Shown: positions 32,005 through 42,289 of the stretch, in pieces
Position numbering within the stretch: the stretch's first letter is position 1
Layout: the number at the start of each line of letters is the position of its first letter
NCBI GenBank assembly: GCA_048885925.1
Contig: JBHLLG010000001.1
Span: 291,105 to 355,104, forward strand
Length of the DNA: 64,000 bases
Source of the DNA: Candidatus Hermodarchaeota archaeon
GTDB lineage: Archaea; Asgardarchaeota; Lokiarchaeia; Sigyniarchaeales; SOKP01
Direction: 5' to 3'
Notes under the pieces: model-generated
Databases searched by the model: none
What the model was told of the DNA's origin: nothing
Seen by the model: the letters and a program-made list of their open reading frames with translations, nothing else
Made by a program: the position numbers and the translations under genes

Positions 32005-32463
32005 TTATATATTATCAGATTTATTTTTAATTTTAAGAATATAATGGCAGCTTTTTTGATTCTTAAGTGGAATGCAATTTACGATATCTTCTCCAAAAAT
32101 GAATTGAGGAAAGATCTCATTTAAAAATCCTCGCATATAGGGAATACAAACGCTTTCTTGAAAAATTGAAGCTCGAGAGGGATTATATGACCCCCCGATT
32201 GGACAAAATCTCTTGGGAAATTTTACGATTACTTCATAATTATTCTCATCTAATTGTTTTATCACGGGTTTTCCATTCAATGCAGTATAAACTTGTTTTA
32301 ATGCGGTTTCAATTTCCAGAGTCAATCCTCGATCTTTATACATTTTCCCTAATTTTGAGCCAATCTTAGTAGAGATGGCTTTTGGTAAATTATTTCCTCC
32401 AATATCAACCATCTCTTTAATATATGTTTGAAAGAACTTTAAAGCATCCTTATTTTTTAGCAT
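32005..32463 (-). CDS. V4R/MetOD1-like domain protein, paralog 2
   Basis: Same motifs as its neighbours. Confidence 0.75.
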   Translation of the reverse strand: MLKNKDALKFFQTYIKEMVDIGGNNLPKAISTKIGSKLGKMYKDRGLTLEIETALKQVYTALNGKPVIKQLDENNYEVIVKFPKRFCPIGGSYNPSRASIFQESVCIPYMRGFLNEIFPQFIFGEDIVNCIPLKNQKSCHYILKIKNKSDNI

Positions 32464-32633
32464 AATTATAACACGTGCGTTTAAAAATAATAAAGATAAA
32501 TCAAGATAAATCTCTATTTTAAATTATTTAAGATTTGCTATTAGAATTATTTTTTTGATAATAAAAAAGGAAAGAAGATCTCTAAGATTTTAACAAGGAA
32601 AATTCAAAAATAGAATTAGGAAAAACCTTCAAT

Positions 32634-33095
32634 TCATGTCATGTAATCTCTATTCTTCTTATTTTTGATTTTTAGAATATAATGACAGGTACGTTGATTA
32701 TTAAGGGGTATGCAATTTAAAATTTCTGATTCAAATGTAAATTGGGGAAAAAGTTCATTTAAAAAACCCCGTGTATAAGGAATACAAATATTTTCTTGGA
32801 AAATCGAAGCTCGGGAGGGATTATACACCCCTCCTATTGGACAGAATTTTTTTGAGTACCGAAGAATTACTTCATATGTATTCTCATCTAACTTTTTTAC
32901 TACTGGTTTTGCTTTAAGTTTAGAATATACTTGTTTTAAAGCAATACCAAGATCTAAAGCTAGTCCCCTTTCTCTATATAATTTACCTAATTTTGAACCT
33001 GATTTAGTGGAAATAGCTTTAGGTAAATTCCTTCCACCAATATCAATCATTTCTTTAATATATGCTTGGAAAAATTTTAAAGCGTCCTTTGCGAT
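32634..33095 (-). CDS. V4R/MetOD1-like domain protein, paralog 3 (proposed ATC start)
   Basis: Homology (KDALKFFQAYIKE) extends upstream of the track ATG to ATC 33095, preceded by GAGGTGA. Confidence 0.75.
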   Translation of the reverse strand: MAKDALKFFQAYIKEMIDIGGRNLPKAISTKSGSKLGKLYRERGLALDLGIALKQVYSKLKAKPVVKKLDENTYEVILRYSKKFCPIGGVYNPSRASIFQENICIPYTRGFLNELFPQFTFESEILNCIPLNNQRTCHYILKIKNKKNRDYMT

Positions 33096-33215
33096 AAACT
33101 CACCTCAAATAACCTTTAACCCTAATTTACAAGAGGAAACGAGAAATACCAATATATAAATTTATCCATTAATGTCCAATTTGTAATAGGAAAAAGTAGA
33201 ATTCAGTTAGTAAAA

Positions 33216-33821
33216 TTAATGTCTTTCATTTTTTAAAGTAAATCTTAAAAGCAGGTCTTTATCTTCTTCAGCATAATTTATTCCTATTCTTTTATTAACC
33301 ACAATAGAATTATCTTTAACTTTTTCACCTTGAATGAAAAACAGTTTTGAGCTATTAGAACAGGAATCCTTCCCATTAAATTCATCCTTTGTTATTTTAA
33401 AAGCCATACATATTTTTCCAGGGCCATCAGTTAAATTCTTAAAATTTTTTCCAATTATAACATTTCTATTTTCAGTCATCAACTCAATTCCTTCAATAGG
33501 AAATAATTGTCTAATCAGTACCGCACAGGGCATTCCTTCTGGTTCGGTTATAACATTTAAACAATAATACATTCCATATATCAAATAAATATAAAGCGTT
33601 CCAGGCTTCATATACATTATTTTAGTCCTTTTAGTCTTTTTATAATTATAAGAATGACTAGCTTTATCATCTGGTCCAAAGTAGGCTTCTACTTCCGTAA
33701 TTCTCCCAACAATGCGCCCTTTTTTTGTTTCTCTTACTAAAAAATTACCAAGTAATTCTCTTGCTACTAGTTCAGTAGACCGCGTAAAAAATTCTCTCTT
33801 AATTCTTTTAGATTCTATCAT
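33216..33821 (-). CDS. mpg: 3-methyladenine DNA glycosylase (MPG/AAG)
   Basis: VARELLG, GRITEVEAY, DKASHS, YLIYGMYYCLNV, GPGK, RIGI. Confidence 0.93.
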   Translation of the reverse strand: MIESKRIKREFFTRSTELVARELLGNFLVRETKKGRIVGRITEVEAYFGPDDKASHSYNYKKTKRTKIMYMKPGTLYIYLIYGMYYCLNVITEPEGMPCAVLIRQLFPIEGIELMTENRNVIIGKNFKNLTDGPGKICMAFKITKDEFNGKDSCSNSSKLFFIQGEKVKDNSIVVNKRIGINYAEEDKDLLLRFTLKNERH

Positions 33822-33916
33822 GAATCAAGACATTTTTTAAGAATTCGGTATTTAACAAAATTAACGTTACTATAAAGTATAATTTAGATTAATTATAAGA
33901 ATTTAAGGGATATAAA

Positions 33917-35002
33917 ATCAAGGCACCAGAGAGAGTATTAAAAGCAATAAATCATGAAGAACCAGACAGAGTTCCAGCTTTTGAAAGCGGCTTTACAAAT
34001 AATACAATTGTAAGACATTATGGCGTTGATCCTAGTGGTGGTCGAGGTTATAGGATAATGTATGAATTCTTTCGAAAAGTTCAAATTGACTTAGTGTTAA
34101 GTTATGTTAGTCTTTTACTTAGAAAGACCATCAAACTTGGTAAATTTTACGTTGATGAATATGGACGATTAATGAAGATTGATACTCAAAAAGATGGAAC
34201 TGTAATATTAGCTTATCAAGGTGGTTATTTAAAGTCTTTTGAAGATTATGAGAGTTGGGAAAAGCCAGATCCTCATTCTGAACAAAGGTTAAAATGGTTT
34301 TTAAATGGTAGAGCTGTACAAGAAGATTTGAATAATGAAGTTTTTTCAATTCCGGCGACAGCAAGCATTTTAGAAGGCCCCCTGGAGGGTTTTGGACTTC
34401 AAACCTTTTCAAGAATATTATCCCGCCCAAAGCAAGCGAGAAAAATTTTTGATGATTATGGGACTTTCACAGTAGAACTTGTGAAAATCTTGGCTGAAAA
34501 TGATGCTCAAATTATATTATTATGGGATGATTATGGATTCAAGAATGGTTTGTTTATGAAGCCAAGTAATTTTCATAAGTATGTATTTCCTTGGTTAAAA
34601 CGAGTATGCGATGCTGCTCACAAACGTGATTGTAAAATTATGTTACATTCTGATGGTGATATATTAGAGATTTTTGAAGATATTGTAAATTGTGGAGTGG
34701 ATATCATAAACCCTATTGAACCAACCACGAATAATCCTGATTATGATATTTTTAAACTTCATAAAAAATTTGGAGATAAAATAACTTTTTCTGGAAATGT
34801 TAGTCCTGTATCATTGGCATTAGGAGAAATTTCTGAAATTGAGCGATATTCTAAAAAACTAATTCGTGAATTAGCTCCTGGTGGAGGTTATTTATTTGGT
34901 TCTGGACATAGCATCCATCCAGCTGTGACAGTTGACCGTTTTGAAGCCATGCAGAATGTTAAAATAAAGTATGGAAAATATCCTATAAAGATCCCAGATT
35001 AA
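33917..35002 (+). CDS. Uroporphyrinogen decarboxylase/MtaA-family protein (proposed ATC start)
   Basis: N-terminus IKAPERVLKAINHEEPDRVP upstream of the track start; WDDYG, LHSDG, GGGYLFGSGHSI. Confidence 0.85.
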   Translation: MKAPERVLKAINHEEPDRVPAFESGFTNNTIVRHYGVDPSGGRGYRIMYEFFRKVQIDLVLSYVSLLLRKTIKLGKFYVDEYGRLMKIDTQKDGTVILAYQGGYLKSFEDYESWEKPDPHSEQRLKWFLNGRAVQEDLNNEVFSIPATASILEGPLEGFGLQTFSRILSRPKQARKIFDDYGTFTVELVKILAENDAQIILLWDDYGFKNGLFMKPSNFHKYVFPWLKRVCDAAHKRDCKIMLHSDGDILEIFEDIVNCGVDIINPIEPTTNNPDYDIFKLHKKFGDKITFSGNVSPVSLALGEISEIERYSKKLIRELAPGGGYLFGSGHSIHPAVTVDRFEAMQNVKIKYGKYPIKIPD

Positions 35003-35025
35003 TAATTATTCAAATTATTTGTATT

Positions 35026-36186
35026 TTAATAATTCCTAAATTCATTTGCAGCATCGAACATTGCTGCAATATTTTGAGGTGGAACCTCGGCTGTGATATT
35101 ATGAATATTTGCCGCAACAAATCCGCCCCCAGGTTTAAAGCACTCAAAATTTCGTTTTACTTCTTCTTGAATCTGTTGTGGAGTGCCAAAAGGAAGTGTT
35201 CCTTGTGTATTGCACATTCCTCCCCAAAATGTGATTTGATCGCCAAACCTTTTTTTTAAGCTACATGGTTCCATATCGTACGCAGAGATTTGGACCGGAT
35301 TACAAATGTCATATCCAATTTCTGCCCAATGAGGAATAAATAATGGAATGGAGCCGCAACTATGGTAATTAATTTTAACATCTGCTAACTCATGAACTCT
35401 ATTAGAAAGCTTTTTTTCAATAGGCTTTATTATCTTTTCATAGACCTTTAAATTCATCCATGGACCTGCTTGAGTTGCTAAATCTCCATTTATACACACA
35501 ATATCTAAAAATTCACCAACTTCGTTCAAAAAAGTTGTGATATAGTCTGTCCAATAAGTTAAAAATCCTTCCATCGCCGCAATTATTAATTCTGGCTTCG
35601 TAAGTAGATATCTTAATGCTTTAGTAAATCCAAAGATAAAAGTTGTATATTCAAAAACACAACCTGCGGTATGTGTAGTTAAAGCATAATTAGTTGTTTC
35701 ATATAATTTTTTAGCATAATTCTTTAATCCTTTAAATGGGGATTTATCTCTACCATCAGGCCAATCATAATTTTCAATCTCACTTACTGTTTTAAAATCA
35801 GAAAAAGGATGAATAACTGGATCATAATATAATATCTCATCTAAATCCTTATTCGCAAAATTACCCCAAAAACAACCAAATTGATCATAAACTCCTACAT
35901 ACTTTCCTTCATATTCTACTTTAACATCTTTAACATTTATAATACTATCAAGAGGACGGACATATCTAGTGTCAATTTTTAACTTTTCTAATAATTCTTC
36001 ACAGGGAACTGCTAACTGTTGAACAAAATCATGGTATTGGATATTTTTATCTTCAATTCCGAGGTATTCTATCAGTCTTTTATAGGCTTTAATGTGGATT
36101 CCAGAAACGTTACCCCCTAAATCAAGAGGAACCATATCTGGTTCTTTATGATTTAATGTTGAATTTACTCTTTCCCGTGAATTCAT
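35026..36186 (-). CDS. Uroporphyrinogen decarboxylase/MtaA-family protein
   Basis: MNSRERV..LNHKEPD.VP, YHSCG, FWGG, GGGFVAANIHNI. Confidence 0.88.
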   Translation of the reverse strand: MNSRERVNSTLNHKEPDMVPLDLGGNVSGIHIKAYKRLIEYLGIEDKNIQYHDFVQQLAVPCEELLEKLKIDTRYVRPLDSIINVKDVKVEYEGKYVGVYDQFGCFWGNFANKDLDEILYYDPVIHPFSDFKTVSEIENYDWPDGRDKSPFKGLKNYAKKLYETTNYALTTHTAGCVFEYTTFIFGFTKALRYLLTKPELIIAAMEGFLTYWTDYITTFLNEVGEFLDIVCINGDLATQAGPWMNLKVYEKIIKPIEKKLSNRVHELADVKINYHSCGSIPLFIPHWAEIGYDICNPVQISAYDMEPCSLKKRFGDQITFWGGMCNTQGTLPFGTPQQIQEEVKRNFECFKPGGGFVAANIHNITAEVPPQNIAAMFDAANEFRNY

Positions 36187-36298
36187 AAATATATATTAAT
36201 TTTTTTAATTTTTAAATAGTATTGTAAGAAAAGTACAAAAATTTAGATTGATCACTGTTTTTTAGGACCTTAAGAATTAAATGACAATAATTCACTTT

Positions 36299-37837
36299 TT
36301 AAAAAATGACTTTTTCTAGATATACTCGTTTCCGGAGCATTCGTAAGAGTTGATCATCTAAACGAGCTAACTCTATACGTTCAGCAATAACAGCTTTTGA
36401 ATCTTTAAATCTCTCCCACTTATCGATATGCTTTTGTAATTCATCTTGTTCATTTAAAATTCTTACGATTAGTAACTTTATACCGTATTTTTCAGCTATT
36501 CGATGAGCTTTAATTAAAGATCGTTGAGCTTCGTTTAAGTCCAAGGTGATTAATTCTAATTTAGCTTGTAATAGGTATGTTTCAGCTAATAATGAATATG
36601 AATGATATTTTTTTGCATTCTCTATTAAGTGGTTTACATGCAGCTGTATCATATCGAGTAATTTTAGATCATTAGTATTTTTTAGATTAATTAATAGTAA
36701 ATCACAGAGTTCGAGCAATGCAGCAATATAAACGCCAAAATCAATAACCTCTTCATTTATTATTTGCTCTAATAATTTTTTAGCAGTAGTAAGATTGAGC
36801 ACTTGGGGATCTTTTTTAAATATTAGGGCTTTATTAAACCTAAATAACAGATTAATTAATTTTAGGGTCTTTTCTTCTTTATATATTTGTTTTAAACGGT
36901 TGAAATATAGAAGTGCTTGTTTGAGATCACTCTTTTCAAGTGTTAAACGAATTAGACTGTCGAGAACAAAGCAAATGCCTTTAGATTCCCCGATTTCTTC
37001 ATATAAAGCTAAGCTTCTCGTAAAATATCTTTGAGCACGATCAAATTCTCCCTTTTGTGTATAGATGCATCCTAGATTATTAAGAGTTGCACTAAAATGC
37101 GATTTATTATTAAGACGTTTAAAGATTTTACGAGCCTTCTTTGTATATTTAATACAATTATCTAACTCACCCTTCTCACCATATATCACAGAAAGATTGA
37201 GAAAACTCCATACTATAATTGTTTGATTTTGCATTAATTTTGCTATTTCAAGACATTGGTCAATATAAAATAGTGCACGATCAATTTCACCTTTAGATGT
37301 ATAATAATCTCCAAGTAACATAAGACATTTGAAAATTATTCCCTTATTATCTGTTTCTTTTCCCAATTCTAGACCCTGTTTTAAAAATTTAACTTGTAGT
37401 TCTCGTTTTATTTTATCCCTGTAGGTTAAACCTTTAAGTAAAGCTATCCAAGCTTCTCTTTTTTTAATTTCTAATGAAGATTCATCATTTAGTGTTTTAA
37501 GCAATCTTTCACCTTGTTCAAGGATATCAAGCACATCATCTAATCTTCTAAGCCAATATAAAGCTCTACATTTAAGAATAAAAGCATCAACTATTCGTAT
37601 TTTTTTCGCAATTTTTTGACTTTCTTGAGCAATTCGTTCAGCCAGACTGACAACCTCATTATATTGCCCTAACATTACCATAGCTGAACCTTGAATGAGA
37701 TCGCTTGAAAGCTGTTCAATTGGAGAAAGGCTTCCCTTTTTTTCAAGATCAGATATGATCTGTAGAACCTCTTCATATTTCCCTTCTTCATCAAGTTTTT
37801 CTGCTAATTGTAAATCCTTATTTATTGAACTCTGCAT
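36299..37837 (-). CDS. TPR-repeat protein (cassette 1)
   Basis: TPR motifs such as TLNNLGCIYTQKGEFDRA; paralog of 39882-41297. Confidence 0.85.
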   Translation of the reverse strand: MQSSINKDLQLAEKLDEEGKYEEVLQIISDLEKKGSLSPIEQLSSDLIQGSAMVMLGQYNEVVSLAERIAQESQKIAKKIRIVDAFILKCRALYWLRRLDDVLDILEQGERLLKTLNDESSLEIKKREAWIALLKGLTYRDKIKRELQVKFLKQGLELGKETDNKGIIFKCLMLLGDYYTSKGEIDRALFYIDQCLEIAKLMQNQTIIVWSFLNLSVIYGEKGELDNCIKYTKKARKIFKRLNNKSHFSATLNNLGCIYTQKGEFDRAQRYFTRSLALYEEIGESKGICFVLDSLIRLTLEKSDLKQALLYFNRLKQIYKEEKTLKLINLLFRFNKALIFKKDPQVLNLTTAKKLLEQIINEEVIDFGVYIAALLELCDLLLINLKNTNDLKLLDMIQLHVNHLIENAKKYHSYSLLAETYLLQAKLELITLDLNEAQRSLIKAHRIAEKYGIKLLIVRILNEQDELQKHIDKWERFKDSKAVIAERIELARLDDQLLRMLRKRVYLEKVIF

Positions 37838-37957
37838 ATATCAAAAAGTCGTAATAAAATTTGAATTCTTAAAGAATTGTGGATTAATAAGAAATAAGAT
37901 TAAGTTAATATAAAACTATTCTTCTTTTAAGGCTAGTAATATCAGATATGATTTTGA

Positions 37958-38713
37958 TTATTCTCTCTTTAAAAACATCTCTTTTTTCAATTCAAATATA
38001 GCCTTTAAAGGTATTGATGCGTCAAAATAAACAAATGCATTCTCTGTATTTAGTTCTTGTTCTCTCGCAAGTTTCTCTAATTTTAACAAATATTCTAAAC
38101 GAATATCTAAGAATTTATTGAAATATTCAGGGTTAAAATATAGAATATTAAACCAAGGTTCATTTTTATCTGAAAGGTACATTTCATAAATTTGTTTTGC
38201 ATGATCTATATCATCCAATTGGTCTTCAAAAATATTTAGTAGGGGAGTCAAGAGATCAAGTAACTTATGGTAATTATAAATAGCACTTCTATAATTATTA
38301 ATTTTTGATATATAGAATTTTCTGAGCTCAATGGGATCTTTCGAGTATTCTAATTCGTCTATATTTGTTAAATTTCTCTCTTTAATTTCTTCATTTATTC
38401 TATAGAATTTAGCTGGAATTTTTTCTCCTTCATTTTTTTTCTTTTTCGCTCTTCTTGATTTAACTAAACCGTCTTGTTCCATCTGTATTAATACTCTTGA
38501 TACAGTAGCTTTGCTTTGTTTTACTAGGTGTGAGATTTCTGTCACATTCAATTCATTATGTAGTTTTAGAATCATCCAAATTTCATAACGTAATTTATGT
38601 TTATCTATTAATTGGATCCAATCTTGTTCTATTATTGCATCCTTGTAATAAATTTGTTTGTTAGATAAACCTTTAACATTTTTCTCCATATTATTGTTCA
38701 TATTATAATCCAC
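37958..38713 (-). CDS. ArsR/MarR-like winged-HTH regulator (cassette 1)
   Basis: ELNVTEISHLVKQSKATVSRVLIQMEQDGLV. Confidence 0.85.
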   Translation of the reverse strand: MDYNMNNNMEKNVKGLSNKQIYYKDAIIEQDWIQLIDKHKLRYEIWMILKLHNELNVTEISHLVKQSKATVSRVLIQMEQDGLVKSRRAKKKKNEGEKIPAKFYRINEEIKERNLTNIDELEYSKDPIELRKFYISKINNYRSAIYNYHKLLDLLTPLLNIFEDQLDDIDHAKQIYEMYLSDKNEPWFNILYFNPEYFNKFLDIRLEYLLKLEKLAREQELNTENAFVYFDASIPLKAIFELKKEMFLKRE

Positions 38714-38849
38714 TTTAACTAAGTCGTTAACTTTTTTTAACTTTTATAAATATAAATAAATTTCTTTCACAATTTTATAAGTAAGACGGGGAAAAAGTCT
38801 CTTAATTTTTTATATTAATTTAATCATATATATAAAAGTAATAATAACA

Positions 38850-38918
38850 TTTAAATATGAGCCTTTCCATTTATTAATATGATGAGCCGTCTCAGATTTC
38901 GGGATAATGGAACGGCTT
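38850..38918 (+). promoter_or_regulatory. TATA box plus tandem palindromic operator-like sites (N11 spacing)
   Basis: TTTAAATA, then TCCAT-N11-ATGAG and CTCAG-N11-ATGGA; homologous to 42182-42254. Confidence 0.6.
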
Positions 38919-38977
38919 TTTGGAATAATTAAACCACAAAAATTTTCTAATAAATAATTGAAAAAGAGGTAATAAAA

Positions 38978-39364
38978 ATGACTAAAGAGATTTTAAAAAT
39001 AACTAAAATAGTTTTTGTCCTTCAAGCTATAGTTGGTGTGATTTTTGGACTGTTTTTTGTATTTGGTGCGGAAATGATGTTTGAAATATATAATTGGCCT
39101 TATAATGCACCAGTTTTTAGCAGATTACTTGGAATGGACTTTATTGCACTTGCATTTCTACTTTTATTATCATATCGAGAGAATGAATGGGAAAAAGTAA
39201 AAAATATTGTAATTTATATGATTGTTTGGACAGTTTTAAACTCAATAGCATTCATCGTACTTCATATCATATTTGCGCTTCCTATATTAAATTTAACTAA
39301 TATAGTTCAGTACATTATATTCGCTGTGTTATATTGCTATATATTTATACAACAACGAAAATGA
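38978..39364 (+). CDS. Four-TM small membrane protein (cassette 1 cargo)
   Basis: Hydrophobic; WPYNAPVFSRLLG; GAGGT upstream. Confidence 0.8.
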   Translation: MTKEILKITKIVFVLQAIVGVIFGLFFVFGAEMMFEIYNWPYNAPVFSRLLGMDFIALAFLLLLSYRENEWEKVKNIVIYMIVWTVLNSIAFIVLHIIFALPILNLTNIVQYIIFAVLYCYIFIQQRK

Positions 39365-39392
39365 AGGGACTCAAATTTTAAATCAAAATAAA

Positions 39393-39462
39393 AGAATGGA
39401 GGAATAAGTTTTAACATCAGGATTCTCGAATGACCACACCTAAACCAATCTTCCTCCATTCT
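39393..39462. repeat. Conserved stem-loop element, copy 1
   Basis: 12-bp perfect stem AGAATGGAGGAA/TTCCTCCATTCT enclosing TTCTCGAATGACCACACCTAAA. Confidence 0.75.
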
Positions 39463-39505
39463 ATATATCCTTTTTTTTTATTTAAACTTAGTTGAGAAAA
39501 AAATA

Positions 39506-39676
39506 TTATTTATTTCTTTTTTTAATAAAGTCTTCTATAAGGAAGAATTCAAGTTTCGCATTACAAGCTACAAATGGAAATTTTACGGTAATTGATAATT
39601 CTTGGATAATTTCAGTTCCATCTAAAGAAAAAATTTTGCCTCCTGCTTCTTGTAATATTAATGTTCCTGCTGCAAG
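39506..39676 (-). pseudogene. Diverged 3' fragment of an inositol monophosphatase/FBPase gene
   Basis: LAAGTLILQEAGGKIFSLDGTEIIQELSITVKFPFVACNAKLE matches the C-terminus of 43243-44073; in-frame stop just upstream. Confidence 0.85.
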
Positions 39677-39881
39677 TATTTACTCTTTATCTTGAATTCA
39701 TTAGTAAATAGTCATATAATTAATTATAAATATTTTTTATAATCTTGAATTTGAAAAATGTATAAATATTAACTAAATAATTTTAGTATCCATTTTTTTA
39801 GAAGTTAAAAATTGGTTAAAAAAAAAATAATTAAAAACAATTTTTACATTATATATATGAAATATTTTCCCTTCTTGGAAG

Positions 39882-41297
39882 TTAATTCTTATGTCGCTTT
39901 TTAAGCATACGCCTTATTTGGTTATTTAAGTTTGCTAAATCCAAACGATTTGATAAATTGGCATTAGATCTTTTTAAATTATCCCATTTATTTAATGCCT
40001 TAGATAGTTCCTCTTTTTCAGTTTTAATCTGTGTAAGTAAAAGATCTAAGCCGTATTTTTCAGCTATATGAAATGCTTGAGCAACTAATTGCTGAGCTTT
40101 TTCAAATTCAAAAGTTACTAACTTTAATTTAGCTTGAAATAAGTGAGTTTCAGCCAATAACCAGTAAGACTTTTGTTCCTTAGCGATGTCAAGTAGTTGT
40201 TGAATATAGAGGTTAATATCATCTAGAATTTTAATATTATTAGTCTGATATAATTCTAATAGAAATAATTCACAGAGATTTAGTAAAGCAACAATTTTTC
40301 CTTCATAAGTTATTTTATTCTTTTCAAGTTCTTTTTTAAATAACTCTATTGCTCTTATTTTATCAGCATCATTCGGGCTCTTTTTCAGCACTATTGCTTT
40401 CGTCAGATCGTATATATTGTATCCTAACAGATTTTTATCCCTTCGATCAATAAATTTTTTCATGGATTCTAAACATTCTTGAGCAGTTTCAAAAGAATCC
40501 ATCTCGATAGCTAATCGGCATAAACTATCTAGAATAGCAGTAGTTTTAAAGCTATTAATTTCTTCGCAATAAGTTAAACTCTCTTTTAAATATTTCATCG
40601 CTTGATTAAAGTCTCCCTTTTCTTGGAATATAGTCCCGATATTGTTTAGGGCTCCTATAATATTTTGTTTGTCGTTTATTTCTTTTGCAAGTTTTAACCT
40701 TTGTTCATTATAATTTTGAGCAGTATCAAAATCTCCTTTCCAATGAAAAAAATAACCAAGAATTCCTGCATTAAGCATAATTAATCTTTTATTATTAATT
40801 TCATGCGCAATTTGTAAACCCAACTCTCCGTGTCTAAAAGATGAATTTAAATCACCTTTCCTAGCATAAAGATAGCCTTTTAGATACATTAAATAAGCAT
40901 TTCTTTCTTTGAAATCAATGGGTGAAATTCCATCAAGCTTGTTAAGAATCTGTTCAGCTTCAATTATTATATCAAATCCCTCATTATATCTATCAGAGTA
41001 TCTTAAAATATTGCATTTACTCAGAATTATATCTAGAGTAAGAAGATTTTCTTTTAATTGTTGACAATCTTTATAAGCCAGTTCAACATATTTGATCGCT
41101 TCATCCATATATCCTTGTTCAAAAAGGAGAGAGCCTTTAAGATAATAACATTCAATTTGTTCTTGAAATGAAAGCTCTTTCTCATTTTCAAGTTTATTTA
41201 TAATTTGGAGAGCTTTTGCGAATTCTCCATTATCCTTGAGTTGGTTCACATGGGTTAACCGTTCTGAAATTGAATATTCCATATTCTTAAAGCTCAT
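39882..41297 (-). CDS. TPR-repeat protein (cassette 2)
   Basis: ALNNIGTIFQEKGDFNQA; SYWLLAET..QAKL shared with the paralog. Confidence 0.85.
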   Translation of the reverse strand: MSFKNMEYSISERLTHVNQLKDNGEFAKALQIINKLENEKELSFQEQIECYYLKGSLLFEQGYMDEAIKYVELAYKDCQQLKENLLTLDIILSKCNILRYSDRYNEGFDIIIEAEQILNKLDGISPIDFKERNAYLMYLKGYLYARKGDLNSSFRHGELGLQIAHEINNKRLIMLNAGILGYFFHWKGDFDTAQNYNEQRLKLAKEINDKQNIIGALNNIGTIFQEKGDFNQAMKYLKESLTYCEEINSFKTTAILDSLCRLAIEMDSFETAQECLESMKKFIDRRDKNLLGYNIYDLTKAIVLKKSPNDADKIRAIELFKKELEKNKITYEGKIVALLNLCELFLLELYQTNNIKILDDINLYIQQLLDIAKEQKSYWLLAETHLFQAKLKLVTFEFEKAQQLVAQAFHIAEKYGLDLLLTQIKTEKEELSKALNKWDNLKRSNANLSNRLDLANLNNQIRRMLKKRHKN

Positions 41298-41316
41298 ATT
41301 GATATAATTCTATTTA

Positions 41317-42012
41317 TTATTTTTGCTTCAACTTTTTATTTAGTTCAAAAAACGCGGAATAGGGTAATGAAAGATCAAAATATTCAATAGTATTTTCTTC
41401 ATCTAATTCTTTTTCCATTAATAATTTTTGAAGTTTCATCATATACTCAATACGTAAGTCTAAGAAGTCCTTATATCGCTTTTCGTCAATCCGAATATAA
41501 AAAGATGTTGGCTCATTCATCTCTGATAAAAATTCCTTATACGTAATTTTAGCTTGTTCGATATTTTCAATATCTTTTAATTGTTCCTCAAGATAAATTA
41601 ACAATGTTTTCAAGTATTCAAATCGCTTTTCCAAGTCTTTCATGATTTTTCTAAATTCATTAATCTTTGAAAAATAATAATTTTTTATTTGTTCTGGTTC
41701 TTTAGGTAAATTATTTTCATCCCATTCCTCTTCAACCTCTTGAAATTTTGGATTAATTCGAAAAAATTTCGGTGGAATTTTTTCTCCTTTCTCTTTTCCT
41801 CCACGTCTTGATAATAAAAGCCCATCGTCTTTCATTCCTTTTAAAACTCGCGATACTGTCGACTTACTCTGTTTTACATAATATGTTATTTCTGTAACAT
41901 TTAATTCATTATAAAGATCCAGAACCATCCAAATATCATGGCGTAAGGGATGTTCATCAATTAATTCTATCCAACTTTTTCCTGTATCATGGCGTAATTT
42001 ATTATTAGACAT
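41317..42012 (-). CDS. ArsR/MarR-like winged-HTH regulator (cassette 2)
   Basis: ELNVTEITYYVKQSKSTVSRVLKGMKDDGLL. Confidence 0.85.
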   Translation of the reverse strand: MSNNKLRHDTGKSWIELIDEHPLRHDIWMVLDLYNELNVTEITYYVKQSKSTVSRVLKGMKDDGLLLSRRGGKEKGEKIPPKFFRINPKFQEVEEEWDENNLPKEPEQIKNYYFSKINEFRKIMKDLEKRFEYLKTLLIYLEEQLKDIENIEQAKITYKEFLSEMNEPTSFYIRIDEKRYKDFLDLRIEYMMKLQKLLMEKELDEENTIEYFDLSLPYSAFFELNKKLKQK

Positions 42013-42181
42013 TATTTCACCTTGTTGATTTCATATTCACACTCAATTTAAATTAATTTTTGTTATTGGGATGGTTCGCCTTTTTTGTCGGTTCTATTCC
42101 AAGATTTTAATCGTAAAACATAAAAATTTTTCATATTTCCTAAAAAACATTTTCCCTATATATATATAAGTAACCATAACA

Positions 42182-42254
42182 TTTAAATATGACCCTTCCC
42201 ATATTAAATATTGAATGGGTCGTCCCATGCTTCTGTCCCGATGGGACGGTCCAT
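42182..42254 (+). promoter_or_regulatory. TATA box plus tandem palindromic operator-like sites (N12 spacing)
   Basis: TTTAAATA, then CCCAT-N12-ATGGG twice with a 26-bp period. Confidence 0.65.
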
Positions 42255-42289
42255 AATTAAAATATTTTTAAATTAAAAAAAAAATAAAG

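Noticed and set aside
39423-39444. The suhB-adjacent stem-loop as a SECIS (contains ATGA) or heat-shock element (TTCnnGAA)
   Set aside because: No adjacent gene has a plausible recoded UGA, and its location between convergent 3' ends does not fit a promoter element
39492-39695. 67-aa plus-strand ORF in the track
   Set aside because: Antisense shadow of the suhB 3' fragment
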